Shown here: one piece after another, positions 37,611-47,260 of the stretch
Numbering within the stretch: position 1 is the first letter of the stretch
Layout: each line of letters opens with the position of its first letter
From: an uncultured Neomegalonema sp.
GTDB lineage: Bacteria; Pseudomonadota; Alphaproteobacteria; Rhodobacterales; Rhodobacteraceae
NCBI GenBank assembly: GCA_937995735.1
Contig: CALKIZ010000012.1
Span: 51,404 to 115,403 of the forward strand
Direction: 5' to 3'
DNA: 64,000 nucleotides
Position numbers and translations under genes: made by a program
Notes under the pieces: model-generated
What the model was told of the DNA's origin: nothing
Databases searched by the model: none
Seen by the model: only the letters and a program-made list of their open reading frames with translations

Positions 37611-38696
37611 ATGACACAAACCGCCATCCCATTCTTATTCATGCGCGGCGGTACGTCGCGGGGACCATTTTTCAACAGTGCGGATTTACCCTCAGACCGC
37701 GAGACTCTTTCCGAAGTTTTAATCGCTGCAATCGGATCGGGGCATCCGCTGAATATCGACGGCATCGGTGGCGGGGCGGCGGTAACTACAAAGACCGCCA
37801 TATTATCCAAATCAAAAGATGATTGGGCTGATATCGACTATCTCTTTGCTCAGATCAGCGTCGAAGATCGCAAAGTCGATTTCAAACCAACCTGCGGCAA
37901 TATTCTCGTCGGCGTCGGCCCTGCTGCTATTGAGATGGGCCTAGTCGAGCCAAAGGGCGATAAAACAGATGTCAAAATTCGTGCCGTCAACACAGGCGCA
38001 AAAGTCATTGCTACTATCGAGACTCCTGACGGCGTGACCTATGAGGGTGATACGATGATTGATGGCGTGCCGGGTTGCGCCGCACCGGTTGGCGTTACTT
38101 TCATGGACGTGGCAGGCTCGGTCACAGGATCAATGCTACCCACCGGCAATACTGTCGATACGATTCAAGGCATCGATGTGACATGTTTAGATGTTGCAAT
38201 GCCTGTCGTCATTGCCCGCGCCGAGGACTTCGGAAAAACCGGGTACGAAACAGCATCGGAACTTGATGAAGATGAAGCGTTTATGCGGCAAATGCTGGCC
38301 GTGCGTCTTGCCGCTGGTGAAGCGATGAGTATGGGCGATGTTACCGAGTCAGTTACACCCAAATTCGCGATTATCTCAAAGCCCCGCCAAGGTGGAGCCG
38401 TTACCGCTCGCTATTTCATGCCTTGGAAATGTCACCCCACGATGGCCGTCACAGGCGCACAATGCATAGCGTCCTGCGCATTGATGGGCGGAACCGTTGC
38501 GGAGGGATTAGTCAACAAGCCCGACGGTAATCCGGCTCAGATGATTATAGAACATCCCTGCGGCTCTATCGAGGTATTGGTGGATTACACCGTTATGCCG
38601 TTCTCAATTCGCAGTGCAGGATTAAACCGCACCGCCCGCAAGCTCGCTGCGGGCGATGTATTTGTACCTCAGGCGGTTTGGAACGGAGTGAAATAA
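37611..38696 (+). CDS. PrpF-family isomerase (2-methylaconitate isomerase / 4-oxalomesaconate tautomerase type)
   Basis: The N-terminus IPFLFMRGGTSRGPFF and the internal CGN motif are typical of the PrpF family. Confidence 0.8.
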   Translation: MTQTAIPFLFMRGGTSRGPFFNSADLPSDRETLSEVLIAAIGSGHPLNIDGIGGGAAVTTKTAILSKSKDDWADIDYLFAQISVEDRKVDFKPTCGNILVGVGPAAIEMGLVEPKGDKTDVKIRAVNTGAKVIATIETPDGVTYEGDTMIDGVPGCAAPVGVTFMDVAGSVTGSMLPTGNTVDTIQGIDVTCLDVAMPVVIARAEDFGKTGYETASELDEDEAFMRQMLAVRLAAGEAMSMGDVTESVTPKFAIISKPRQGGAVTARYFMPWKCHPTMAVTGAQCIASCALMGGTVAEGLVNKPDGNPAQMIIEHPCGSIEVLVDYTVMPFSIRSAGLNRTARKLAAGDVFVPQAVWNGVK

Positions 38697-38747
38697 AGCC
38701 TCAAAGGGCGCGACTTCAATTTCCCGCCGATTATTCAGCACTGCGTT

Positions 38748-39299
38748 CTAATCGCTTACCTGAACGCTTATCATTTCACCATTCAACTCGACCGGATTAA
38801 TGAAGGATTGAGCGTTCGGACTATGGGCAACTGCCTTGCGGTGTAGTTCCTCGAACTGTTCCGGCGTCGCGTCTCCGGCGGCGTGAATTTTATAATTGAT
38901 CTTCGGAAAACCAACCGTTGAATTCGTATTCAATCCCATGAAACCGCGCAGATCCAACTCGCCATCAAAGTCGATTTTTACAGATTCGAGCTGGATACCT
39001 TCAGCAGTAGCACCGGCGATAAAGGCGACCATCATGCAAGACCCAAGACCCGACAATAAAAGCTCCTGAGGATTTGGCCCGTGATTATTGCCCATCAACT
39101 GACGCGGTTCATCCACTTTCCAAGAGAACGAGCGGCTGACTTTATGCGGCCCGACCAGCATTGGCTTTGTCTGAGTGCACGACCGCGTGCCACTTTCCCA
39201 ATCAATCTCGATGCCGTAACTCATCATGCCCTCTTCGGGGTTTTCGGCAACTTCATTGACGAATTCGCTCAACGCGGCTGTTGGAATATTGTTACGCAT
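38748..39299 (-). CDS. OsmC-family protein
   Basis: 183 aa with OsmC-like topology and a conserved Cys context (LLLSGLGSCMM). Confidence 0.6.
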   Translation of the reverse strand: MRNNIPTAALSEFVNEVAENPEEGMMSYGIEIDWESGTRSCTQTKPMLVGPHKVSRSFSWKVDEPRQLMGNNHGPNPQELLLSGLGSCMMVAFIAGATAEGIQLESVKIDFDGELDLRGFMGLNTNSTVGFPKINYKIHAAGDATPEQFEELHRKAVAHSPNAQSFINPVELNGEMISVQVSD

Positions 39300-40614
39300 A
39301 TTTTGCTTCTTTCATGGGGGCAATATGTTCAAGGGCTTGGCCGAAATCGGCAATCAGATCATCTGCATCTTCGATGCCGACGGAGAGCCGGACACAGCCC
39401 GGATCGATTCCAATCTCAGCACGTTGCCGGGATGTCATGGTGGCCTGCGAAGAATTGAAAGGCAGACTGATCAAACTTTCAACTCCGCCAAGGCTTGTTG
39501 CCTGTTTCGGTAACTTCAAATGATCCAGCAAACGCAGCGCAGCCTCATCGCCGCCTTTCACGAAGAAAGTCACGTTGCCTGTGCCCATATCCATCAGTTT
39601 CTTGGCGAGCGCATGGTCCGGGTGGCTCGGCAGCATCGGGTAGAGCACCCGCTCAACATTCGGATGGCTTTCGAGAAATTCGGCCAATGCCGTCGCGCTC
39701 GCTTCATGCGCACGCATACGGATCGGCAATGTCTTTAAACCACGCTCTAAGAGGAAACAGGCATGGGGATCGAGCGACCCGCCATAGTTCAAAAGACGCG
39801 GCCAAATTTGATCAATCAACTTGCGCGGGCCGGCAGTCACGCCTGCAATCAAATCCGAATGACCATTGAGATATTTTGAGGCTGAGTGAATCACCAGATC
39901 AACCCCATGCTCCAACGGGCGCATGACCGGTGGCGGTGCAAAAGTTGAATCGACCACCAAACGAATGTTGTGCCGCTCCGCCATGTCCGCCAAACGCGGA
40001 ATATCCACTACCTTCAATACGGGATTGGTGATGACCTCAAAATAAAGCAATTGCGTGTTAGGCTGGATCGCCGCCTCAATCGCCTCAAGGTCATATGAAT
40101 CGACCAATGTGGCGGACATACCGAGCGTCGGAAATTCCTGATTGAAAAGATTATACGTGCCACCATAGAGGTCACTCGCGGCAACCACGTGCGCGCCTTT
40201 ATCAACCATCGCCAGAACCGTCGCAGTAATCGCGGCCATACCGGAGCTGAAAACAATCGCAGACTCAGCCCCTTCGAGCGCTGCTAGTTTCTCTTGCACA
40301 GCCCATTGCGACGGATTTCCGTAGCGGGTGTAGATAAAACGGTCCCGCGCATATCCGCCTTCGACCGAGTCGTATTGATCGTCATTCAGTACAAAAGTCG
40401 ATGTCTGATAGATCGGCGTACCAACCGCGCCTGTGCGCGGATCATCATTCGTGCCGGCATGAACGGCACGGGTGGACATACCCAACTCGTGCGCATGAGC
40501 GGTCCCAAAAAGCGGCCCAGTTTGCCGCTTTCGCTCCAGTTTATTCAACCACTTACCCGTCGTCAGAGATGGTCCTGCGCTATGCGCATCCCCGCGAATG
40601 TTTGATATGGACAC
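39292..40614 (-). CDS. Cys/Met-metabolism PLP-dependent enzyme (methionine gamma-lyase / cystathionine gamma-synthase family)
   Basis: The PLP-lysine motif HSASKYLNGHSD and the N-terminal TRAVHAG are present. The real start may be the ATG at 40479. Confidence 0.85.
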   Translation of the reverse strand: MSISNIRGDAHSAGPSLTTGKWLNKLERKRQTGPLFGTAHAHELGMSTRAVHAGTNDDPRTGAVGTPIYQTSTFVLNDDQYDSVEGGYARDRFIYTRYGNPSQWAVQEKLAALEGAESAIVFSSGMAAITATVLAMVDKGAHVVAASDLYGGTYNLFNQEFPTLGMSATLVDSYDLEAIEAAIQPNTQLLYFEVITNPVLKVVDIPRLADMAERHNIRLVVDSTFAPPPVMRPLEHGVDLVIHSASKYLNGHSDLIAGVTAGPRKLIDQIWPRLLNYGGSLDPHACFLLERGLKTLPIRMRAHEASATALAEFLESHPNVERVLYPMLPSHPDHALAKKLMDMGTGNVTFFVKGGDEAALRLLDHLKLPKQATSLGGVESLISLPFNSSQATMTSRQRAEIGIDPGCVRLSVGIEDADDLIADFGQALEHIAPMKEAKYA

Positions 40615-40730
40615 TTTAATCTCCGGTATTTTGTCGCGCGCATTAATGATGACTGAAAAATCATTATACGATAGCGTTAGGAGATTTTCATTGCTATTAT
40701 AACCTCAAATGAGGATATTATTAGCATATT

Positions 40731-41204
40731 ATGCCAAAAATTAACCCAATAGACGCAACTGACCGCAAGCTAATTAGAGCGTTGCAAAAGAATGGTCGCA
40801 TGACAAATCTCGACCTCGCCGCTGAGATTAATTTATCACCATCCCCTTGCTTGCGCAGACTCCGCAATCTTGAACAATCCGGTGCAATCAAAAGTTACGG
40901 CATTGAAGTGGATGCCGCCGCCTACGGCTTGCCCGTCACTGTATTTGTTCGCGTCACCCTAGAAAAACACACAGATAAAATAGTTAAAAAATTCGAAGAT
41001 GATATTCACGACATTCCCGAAGTATTGGAATGCTACATGCTGACAGGGCTATCGGATTATCTGTTACGTGTCGTTGTCGCAGATTTGGAAGATTACGAAC
41101 GTTTTATACGGCATCGTCTGCATCGTGTGAGCGGCGTTAGCTCCATAGACTCCAACCTCGTCTACAGCGTGGTGAAACGTACCCCCGTGTTCCCGGAACT
41201 GTGA
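40731..41204 (+). CDS. Lrp/AsnC-family transcriptional regulator
   Basis: 157 aa with DATDRKLIRALQKNGRMTNLDLAAEINLSPSPCLRRLRNLE and a RAM domain. It is divergent from the PLP enzyme gene. Confidence 0.9.
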   Translation: MPKINPIDATDRKLIRALQKNGRMTNLDLAAEINLSPSPCLRRLRNLEQSGAIKSYGIEVDAAAYGLPVTVFVRVTLEKHTDKIVKKFEDDIHDIPEVLECYMLTGLSDYLLRVVVADLEDYERFIRHRLHRVSGVSSIDSNLVYSVVKRTPVFPEL

Positions 41205-41331
41205 GGCTCAGTGGCCTACCCGAATTTAAGCTTTTCGATATATCCGATGGATTGCCGGGATTTAGAAAATGAAGAACATAACCAGCTACTGATCAACCGC
41301 GTGACATTTTTTGACAAGCAAGTGAGGCAAA

Positions 41332-42480
41332 ATGAATTCGAATACTGAAAGCGAAACCGGCCCCTCAAAAAAGCACTTCCGGTTCTTCGACAATCGCCAA
41401 AAATATCTCATGTTCGTCCATACGTGCAGCGAAAAAGATGTCGTTGCAAAGCGGGTGGGACAAGAGCTTGACCAAATTACGCCAACTCCACCAGCACTCA
41501 GGATTTTCGATGGCGGAATCGGAGACGGCACAGTTCTTTCAAAAGTTATGCGGGAAATGCATGGCCGTTTTCCAACGACACCTTTTTATATCTCAGGTAA
41601 AGAAATCAGCCTTGAAGACATCAGATTATCCTTGGAGAAAATGGCGGACCGTTTGTTCGAACATCCGGCAACAGTCATTGTCTTCACCAATATGTTTTAC
41701 GCCGAAGCCCCGTGGCTGACACCCCGCTCAGCTTCCGCTAAAGAAGACATGGTTTGGAAAGAGGTAGCTCTCAAAGGAACAACATCGCACGAATTTGACC
41801 AGCAGATCACCGACCTTCACGATTTTCTTGGCGAGAACTGGCAAGCAAAACATAGCGAAAAAACCGGCAATCCGATTTATGAAAAGCCTGTTGCGCTGGT
41901 GCTCTATCGTGAAGACCACAAGTTCTTGCTGCATGATGTCATCCCGAAAGAAGGCGAAGCAAAAGCGGACTTCGATCTTGTACTCGCATCGCAGCCTTAC
42001 CGTCTTCGTGTCCCGGTCGAGCAAAAAGTGCGAAACGTCGTCGCACCTCTGGTGCGCGCCCTCAAGTCTGGTGGACGTCTGCTTGGCATTCACTCCAGCG
42101 GCCAAGACCCCGGTATGGAACTGATCCAAAAAGTCTGGACCGATGACAATCCATTCGCCTCAACCCGCAACGATATTTTTGAAGCGGCCAAAAGCATCCT
42201 CGGCGATGAAGCGCCGAACTATGAGTATCATGATACAAGCGATGAAGAGGCAATTTTCCGATATCAAATGCATACGTTGCCGGTTGAAGTCGATGCAAAT
42301 ATTGGAACATCAACCCTCTACGCGGCTTGGAACGCTGCAATTTACGTTGCTCAGATTAGCGACGACCGGTTGGACCCGGAATTATTAGGCTCTTTATATT
42401 TGGAGGCGACAAAAGACGTCTTAAAAAGCAATGACGGCCTTTGGTTCAATGATGAGGCTTACGTGATTTCCAGAAAGTAA
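41332..42480 (+). CDS. hypothetical protein with a possible Rossmann/SAM-methyltransferase-like motif
   Basis: 382 aa. IFDGGIGDGTV resembles SAM-binding motif I. I recognise nothing else. Confidence 0.4.
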   Translation: MNSNTESETGPSKKHFRFFDNRQKYLMFVHTCSEKDVVAKRVGQELDQITPTPPALRIFDGGIGDGTVLSKVMREMHGRFPTTPFYISGKEISLEDIRLSLEKMADRLFEHPATVIVFTNMFYAEAPWLTPRSASAKEDMVWKEVALKGTTSHEFDQQITDLHDFLGENWQAKHSEKTGNPIYEKPVALVLYREDHKFLLHDVIPKEGEAKADFDLVLASQPYRLRVPVEQKVRNVVAPLVRALKSGGRLLGIHSSGQDPGMELIQKVWTDDNPFASTRNDIFEAAKSILGDEAPNYEYHDTSDEEAIFRYQMHTLPVEVDANIGTSTLYAAWNAAIYVAQISDDRLDPELLGSLYLEATKDVLKSNDGLWFNDEAYVISRK

Positions 42481-42595
42481 TCTCTTGTATAACGAGCGGT
42501 TTACACCATCCGGAAAATGACACTGACATTGAAGTGAGCATCTAACGCTGAGCTAACGCTTGAGGAAAACACCACTTGCGGATATTCAATGCCGC

Positions 42596-43315
42596 ATGTG
42601 GAGTTTTGCCAATCCGAATAAGTTCATGCGCGTGTCAGGCTATGTTCTGCCCGTGACCGCTACAATTGCGACCATCCTCTTTGTGGTGGGCGTTTATCAG
42701 GGGCTGTACGTCTTGCCACCTGAGCGGTTACAGGGCGACTCAGCCCGTATTATCCTCGTACACGTCCCTGCTGCCGCATTGTCGATCATGGTCTATGCTA
42801 TGATGTGTGTCAGCTCGCTTTTTGCTTTGATCTGGCGGCATCCTGTCGCCGACCTGAGTGCTAAAGCCGCAGCCCCTGTTGGAGCGGCCTTTACATTGCT
42901 GGCGCTAGTGACAGGGGCAATCTGGGGATACCCGACATGGGGAACATGGTGGGTCTGGGATGCGCGACTGACCTCCGAGCTGATTCTGTTTTTCTTCTAC
43001 ATCGGCTATATCGCTCTTTGGGATGCGTTTGACGACGAAAGCAAGGCTGCACCGGCGGCAGCAATCTTTTGCCTCGTCGGGTCGGTGTTTGCGGTGCTTG
43101 CGAAGTATTCCGTGCTTCTCTGGGAGACATTGCACCAACCGCCAAGCCTGACAATCGGCGGCGAGGAGAATGTCCATAATGCGTTCCACATTCCGCTGTT
43201 GATGATGATGGCGGCGTTCTTTTTGTATTTCCTGAGCGTCTGGCTCGTGAGAGTGCGGACTGAAATCCGCGCCCGGCGCGTGCGGGCAATCCGACTGGCG
43301 GCGGCACGCGAATGA
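42596..43315 (+). CDS. ccmC: heme exporter protein CcmC
   Basis: The start MWSFANPNKF is typical, and the tryptophan-rich WGTWWVWDARLTSE motif is present. The track ORF starts upstream at a TTG. Confidence 0.9.
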   Translation: MWSFANPNKFMRVSGYVLPVTATIATILFVVGVYQGLYVLPPERLQGDSARIILVHVPAAALSIMVYAMMCVSSLFALIWRHPVADLSAKAAAPVGAAFTLLALVTGAIWGYPTWGTWWVWDARLTSELILFFFYIGYIALWDAFDDESKAAPAAAIFCLVGSVFAVLAKYSVLLWETLHQPPSLTIGGEENVHNAFHIPLLMMMAAFFLYFLSVWLVRVRTEIRARRVRAIRLAAARE

Positions 43316-43488
43316 TCCCTGTTTATGAAGAGCAATACACATTTGCAATCTGGGCCTGCTACAGTGTGACAGCTTTCGTGCTGATCACAATGTTGGTCTA
43401 TAGCCTCTGGCGCTCGCGGGTGACCAAGCGGGAACTCGAAGCACTGGACGGAGCACGTCGCCGCGCTCCTGCGGAACCATCCAAATGA
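43312..43488 (+). CDS. ccmD: heme exporter protein CcmD (58 aa)
   Basis: Not in the ORF track. The translation is MIPVYEEQYTFAIWACYSVTAFVLITMLVYSLWRSRVTKRELEALDGARRRAPAEPSK, with one TM and a basic tail. ATGA overlaps occur at both ends (ccmC stop, ccmG start). Confidence 0.8.
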   Translation: MIPVYEEQYTFAIWACYSVTAFVLITMLVYSLWRSRVTKRELEALDGARRRAPAEPSK

Positions 43489-44015
43489 TGCGGTTTTTCC
43501 CATTGGTCGCGTTTATCGCTTTCGCAGCGGCTTTGTGGGTCGGGCTTTTTCGGGATGATAAAGAAACGCTGAGATCAGCCTTCCTCAATGAACCAGCGCC
43601 TGTATTCTCCGCACCGAAATTTAAAGCCGAGGATGAATTTGTCTCTCTGGCGGACTTTCGGGGCGGTGGTCCTGTCGTCCTGAATTTTTGGGCATCATGG
43701 TGCGGCCCTTGTATCGTTGAGCATCCCGAAATTACAAAAATATCAAAGCTCGACGGGGTGCGCGTTATCGGTATGAACTACAAAGATGAAGAAGCCGATG
43801 CACAACGGTTTCTTGATCGGTATGGCGACCCTTTCGCTGCCATCGGCGTAGACCCAAAAGGCCGCACCGCTATTGACTATGGTGTCGCCGCCCTGCCCGA
43901 AACGTTTGTTATCTCTGGCGATGGGCAAGTCATCTACAAGCATACCGGCCCGGTTAGGCCCGAAGATTACGACGAAAAAATTCGTCCCGCTATCGAAGCG
44001 GCGCGCGGTCAGTAG
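43485..44015 (+). CDS. ccmG: thiol:disulfide oxidoreductase CcmG/DsbE
   Basis: It has an N-terminal anchor, the thioredoxin motif WASWCGPC and the GVAALPETF motif. Confidence 0.9.
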   Translation: MMRFFPLVAFIAFAAALWVGLFRDDKETLRSAFLNEPAPVFSAPKFKAEDEFVSLADFRGGGPVVLNFWASWCGPCIVEHPEITKISKLDGVRVIGMNYKDEEADAQRFLDRYGDPFAAIGVDPKGRTAIDYGVAALPETFVISGDGQVIYKHTGPVRPEDYDEKIRPAIEAARGQ

Positions 44016-44045
44016 CTCCAATCAAGAGCGGTACGACCTACAAAC

Positions 44046-44453
44046 CTAACCCTTTGGCTCGCGGGCAAAGTCTTCATCGCTGACAGGTTCCATCCAATCA
44101 ATATGGACACCGTTGAGAGCCTCATGGATGGCGATGTGGCTCATAGCTGTCGTAGTTGATGCGCCATGCCAGTGTTTCTCGCCGGGGGGAATCCAAACCG
44201 TGTCTCCTTGGCGCAGAACCCGGACCGGCTCTCCCTCAGTCTGGAAGCGTCCTTCTCCCGCAATAACATAAAGCGTTTGTCCTAGCGGATGCGTATGCCA
44301 GTTTGTGCGTGCTCCGGCCTCAAAGGTCACACGAACCGAGCGCGCTCTTGCGGGTTCCGGGGCGTCATTAATCGGGTCAGCCCAAACCGTTCCTGTAAAG
44401 TAATCACTAGAAGCCATCTTACGGGGCCGTTCTTCGCTCTTATACAAAATCAT
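44046..44453 (-). CDS. cupin-domain protein
   Basis: The ATG at 44453 overlaps the alkB-like stop (ATGA). The cupin motifs are GARTNWHTHPLGQTLYV and GDTVWIPPGEKHWHGA. Confidence 0.7.
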   Translation of the reverse strand: MILYKSEERPRKMASSDYFTGTVWADPINDAPEPARARSVRVTFEAGARTNWHTHPLGQTLYVIAGEGRFQTEGEPVRVLRQGDTVWIPPGEKHWHGASTTTAMSHIAIHEALNGVHIDWMEPVSDEDFAREPKG

Positions 44454-45520
44454 ACTGTCACTTCCTCTGGATAGAACTGTGTTTGCCATGCGGCAAGTCT
44501 CGGTTGCATTATTTTGAAGTGGAGTGGCGGAATTAATGCAAGCAAAACCATCCACGGATACCCATAAGGAAGCTGTGGAGCCTCGGTTATCGGATAACTT
44601 TGCAGCGTTGGAAAGCGCTTACGCGGCTTATAATGATGATCCGAATGCCGCTGTAGATTGATGAGCAACCAGTTCGACGCCTGATGTCCGCTGTTCCAAG
44701 AATGGTGTGGTTGTGTAGGTTCATATTTCCCATTGGGGCGTCTGCGCCGCATCAATCCGTAATGCTCGATGTAATCCACAAGCTCGAGCAACAGAATCGC
44801 GACAATGGATTGAATGCTCAAAATCATAATGCCCATCCATCCACCGATAATCGCAGCAAAGCTCACAAAAAGGAAAGTCCAACCTGCATAGCGCAAAAAG
44901 GCATTATGCTTTGAGATCAAACCTACCCCTCGCCTTTTCAATTGATCTTGCTGGATATGCCAAGCCGAAACAGCCGTACCAATCAAAACGCGCGGTAAAA
45001 AACGATAGATCGTTTCGCCTGCTCTGGCCGTTGCCGGGTCTTCGGGCGTCGCGACATTGATGTGATGGCCATAGACGTGCTCAAGACACCAGTGTCCGTA
45101 GAAAGTCGAGCACATTAAAATTTCCGACAGCGTTCGCTCAAACTTATTTTGCTGGTGAGCCAACTCATGCGCGTAGGTAATTCCTATCCCGCCGGAAGAT
45201 ACACCGACGGCTACAGCCATTCCCACGATCTCCCAACAAGCGAGGTGGCCAAAGGTTGCAATCCAAATCAAACCAAAAATCATGACAAGCTGAACAGGAA
45301 CCCATAGCCATGTCAAAAGCCGATGCCAGTAAAGTTGGCTTGCATCGGTGTCAGAAGGAAGCCGTGCTTCATTCAGCTTCATCACACAATCTAAAGCAGG
45401 AACGAGAATAAAAGCGCTCGCAGGCGCTAACAATATCCAACCACCGCCCTGCCATGCACCAAGTGCCGCAAAAGGTAGAAACAAAAATGATATCGCAAAA
45501 GGTGCGGCATTCAAAAGCAT
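44450..45520 (-). CDS. alkB: AlkB-type integral-membrane alkane 1-monooxygenase (fatty-acid desaturase superfamily)
   Basis: The histidine boxes HELAHQ, EHVYGHH and LQRHSDHH, plus VDYIEHYGL, are present. It has multiple N-terminal TM helices. Confidence 0.8.
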   Translation of the reverse strand: MLLNAAPFAISFLFLPFAALGAWQGGGWILLAPASAFILVPALDCVMKLNEARLPSDTDASQLYWHRLLTWLWVPVQLVMIFGLIWIATFGHLACWEIVGMAVAVGVSSGGIGITYAHELAHQQNKFERTLSEILMCSTFYGHWCLEHVYGHHINVATPEDPATARAGETIYRFLPRVLIGTAVSAWHIQQDQLKRRGVGLISKHNAFLRYAGWTFLFVSFAAIIGGWMGIMILSIQSIVAILLLELVDYIEHYGLMRRRRPNGKYEPTQPHHSWNSGHQASNWLLINLQRHSDHHYKPRKRFPTLQSYPITEAPQLPYGYPWMVLLALIPPLHFKIMQPRLAAWQTQFYPEEVTV

Positions 45521-45661
45521 CTCAGACCTCCTACAGAGTGCCTTGCCTATCTACAGAGGCACGAGCCGCCACATCATCTTACGAATACGAAAGCTAGGCA
45601 GGCATTCGGCAATGATAGCGTTTCGGCGCGCTCACGTCATGATGCCGTTAGGTTGCCCTGC

Positions 45662-46087
45662 CTAAAGCTGGCCTTTCAGAGCTTCAAATCTCTTTCGCAT
45701 CAAACTACCCCGTGGCTTAAACGCTTCGATGTCGGCTCGATTCCCTTCGGCGCTTTCAACGACGATCATGCCGATCATGCCCACGGCAAAATGGGGGCGG
45801 GATTTGAACATATAAACGCCCGGAACGGAAACAGTGACCCTTGCTTCGGCATTCAGTGGCGCTTCCCAAGGCTCCGCACCGATTGGAACTATGATACTCG
45901 CGGCGGCATGACCACCATCCTCGGGTATGAATACGACAGTATCGCCTACTTTGGCCTGCACAATGGATGGCTCAAAAGCCATGCGTGTTCCATCACTGCC
46001 TTGGTTCAACATTCTAACGACATGCTCCGCAGCAAAAACGGGCGTACCTGACAGGCAAAGAGCAGCGGCAAGAAACAGCGATTTCAT
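45662..46087 (-). CDS. pseudoazurin-like cupredoxin lacking the copper-ligand cysteine
   Basis: It has a signal peptide ending VFA|AE and aligns by eye to pseudoazurin (HMLNKG..FEP...GDTV.FIP.DKGH.....Y..KCTPHY.MGM). Here the motif reads YMFKSRPHFAVGM, with Ser (TCC, plus-strand 45800-45802) in place of Cys. Confidence 0.65.
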   Translation of the reverse strand: MKSLFLAAALCLSGTPVFAAEHVVRMLNQGSDGTRMAFEPSIVQAKVGDTVVFIPEDGGHAAASIIVPIGAEPWEAPLNAEARVTVSVPGVYMFKSRPHFAVGMIGMIVVESAEGNRADIEAFKPRGSLMRKRFEALKGQL

Positions 46088-46279
46088 AGTTTGTCCTCAA
46101 GTTCGAATCAGGGTCCCCACATTGCGTCAGTCTTACACGAGGATTACGGCGAGAAAATCCACATGACAGTTGTTCACCATTAGTTGCTCAGCGGGTATGC
46201 ACTGCGTAGAATTTGAAGCACGGATTTCCCTTTCTCCAGAACAAGATTACAAAGAACATTCGTATACTAGGAGTTTGCT

Positions 46280-47260
46280 TTGGAAATTGAGAATGAAGGC
46301 TTGCTGGGCGCTTGGAATATCGCGGTTGATGGCGCGGCAACCCCTATCGGCTGGGATCAGCTTGATGACCCGATAGCGACCGGCGGCTGGCGGTGGATTC
46401 ATCTTCATCGTGATGCACCCAGATCTCAGGACTGGCTCATCGAAGGCGAAATTCCTCCCGATACGTTAGCCTCTGCATTGATGGCCGAAGACACCCGCCC
46501 GCGATATACGGAAATCGAGGGCAAAGGCCTGTTAATGCTGCGCGGGGTCAATCTGAATGACGGCGCGGAACCTGAGGATATGGTGTCCGTCCGCATGTTT
46601 ATCGACATCGAATGGATCGTGACTGTCTCCATGCGCCGCCTTGCGTCGGTCGATGCGATCATTGACGATGTGAGTGCAGGCAAAGCGCCGCTCTCGCCCG
46701 CCGCCTTCGTCGAAAGGTTGGTTCAAGAACTCCACCTCCGTATGGAGCCTGTATTGAATGAGTTGGAAGGCATCATCGACACGCATGAGATTCATGCACT
46801 TTGCGACAGCGAACCACCGGACGCGAATGCACGCGCTGCTTTTACCGATGCCCGCCAAGATGCCGTCATGCTGCGGCGCTACATCGCACCGCAAAGCGCA
46901 ACCTTGCGTCAGCTTTCGCACAAGCCCCCGCATTGGCTGCCCTCAGGTGAGTTGTTAGCGGAGGAAGCGGAAGCCTTTGAACGCATCGTCGAAGACCTCG
47001 ACAGCATCCGGGAACGCGCCGCTGTCCTGCGCGACGAAATGGCAGCTCGCATTGCGGAACGACAAAACTCTATCATGTTGGTTCTGTCCGTCGTGTCGGT
47101 GATCTTTTTGCCCATCGCCTTTGTTACCGGGTTGCTGGGCATGAATGTAGCCGGGATGCCTTTGACCGGAACACCGTTGGGTTTCCTGATTATCTGTGGA
47201 ATTCTAACGGTGATGGCGGGAACGTCAGCGTTATTGGTTTGGTGGCTTTTGAAACGATGA
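46280..47260 (+). CDS. zntB: CorA-family divalent metal transporter (ZntB-like)
   Basis: 326 aa with two C-terminal TM helices and a GMN motif (LLGMNVAGMP). Confidence 0.75.
   Translation: MEIENEGLLGAWNIAVDGAATPIGWDQLDDPIATGGWRWIHLHRDAPRSQDWLIEGEIPPDTLASALMAEDTRPRYTEIEGKGLLMLRGVNLNDGAEPEDMVSVRMFIDIEWIVTVSMRRLASVDAIIDDVSAGKAPLSPAAFVERLVQELHLRMEPVLNELEGIIDTHEIHALCDSEPPDANARAAFTDARQDAVMLRRYIAPQSATLRQLSHKPPHWLPSGELLAEEAEAFERIVEDLDSIRERAAVLRDEMAARIAERQNSIMLVLSVVSVIFLPIAFVTGLLGMNVAGMPLTGTPLGFLIICGILTVMAGTSALLVWWLLKR

Noticed and set aside
40480-40730. SAM or other riboswitch ahead of the Met/Cys PLP enzyme gene
   Set aside because: I could not recognise SAM-II or other riboswitch consensus elements. 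The region is more simply an AT-rich divergent promoter shared with the Lrp gene.
45653-46051. 132-aa + strand ORF
   Set aside because: It is antisense to the pseudoazurin-like gene, which has a signal peptide and cupredoxin motifs.
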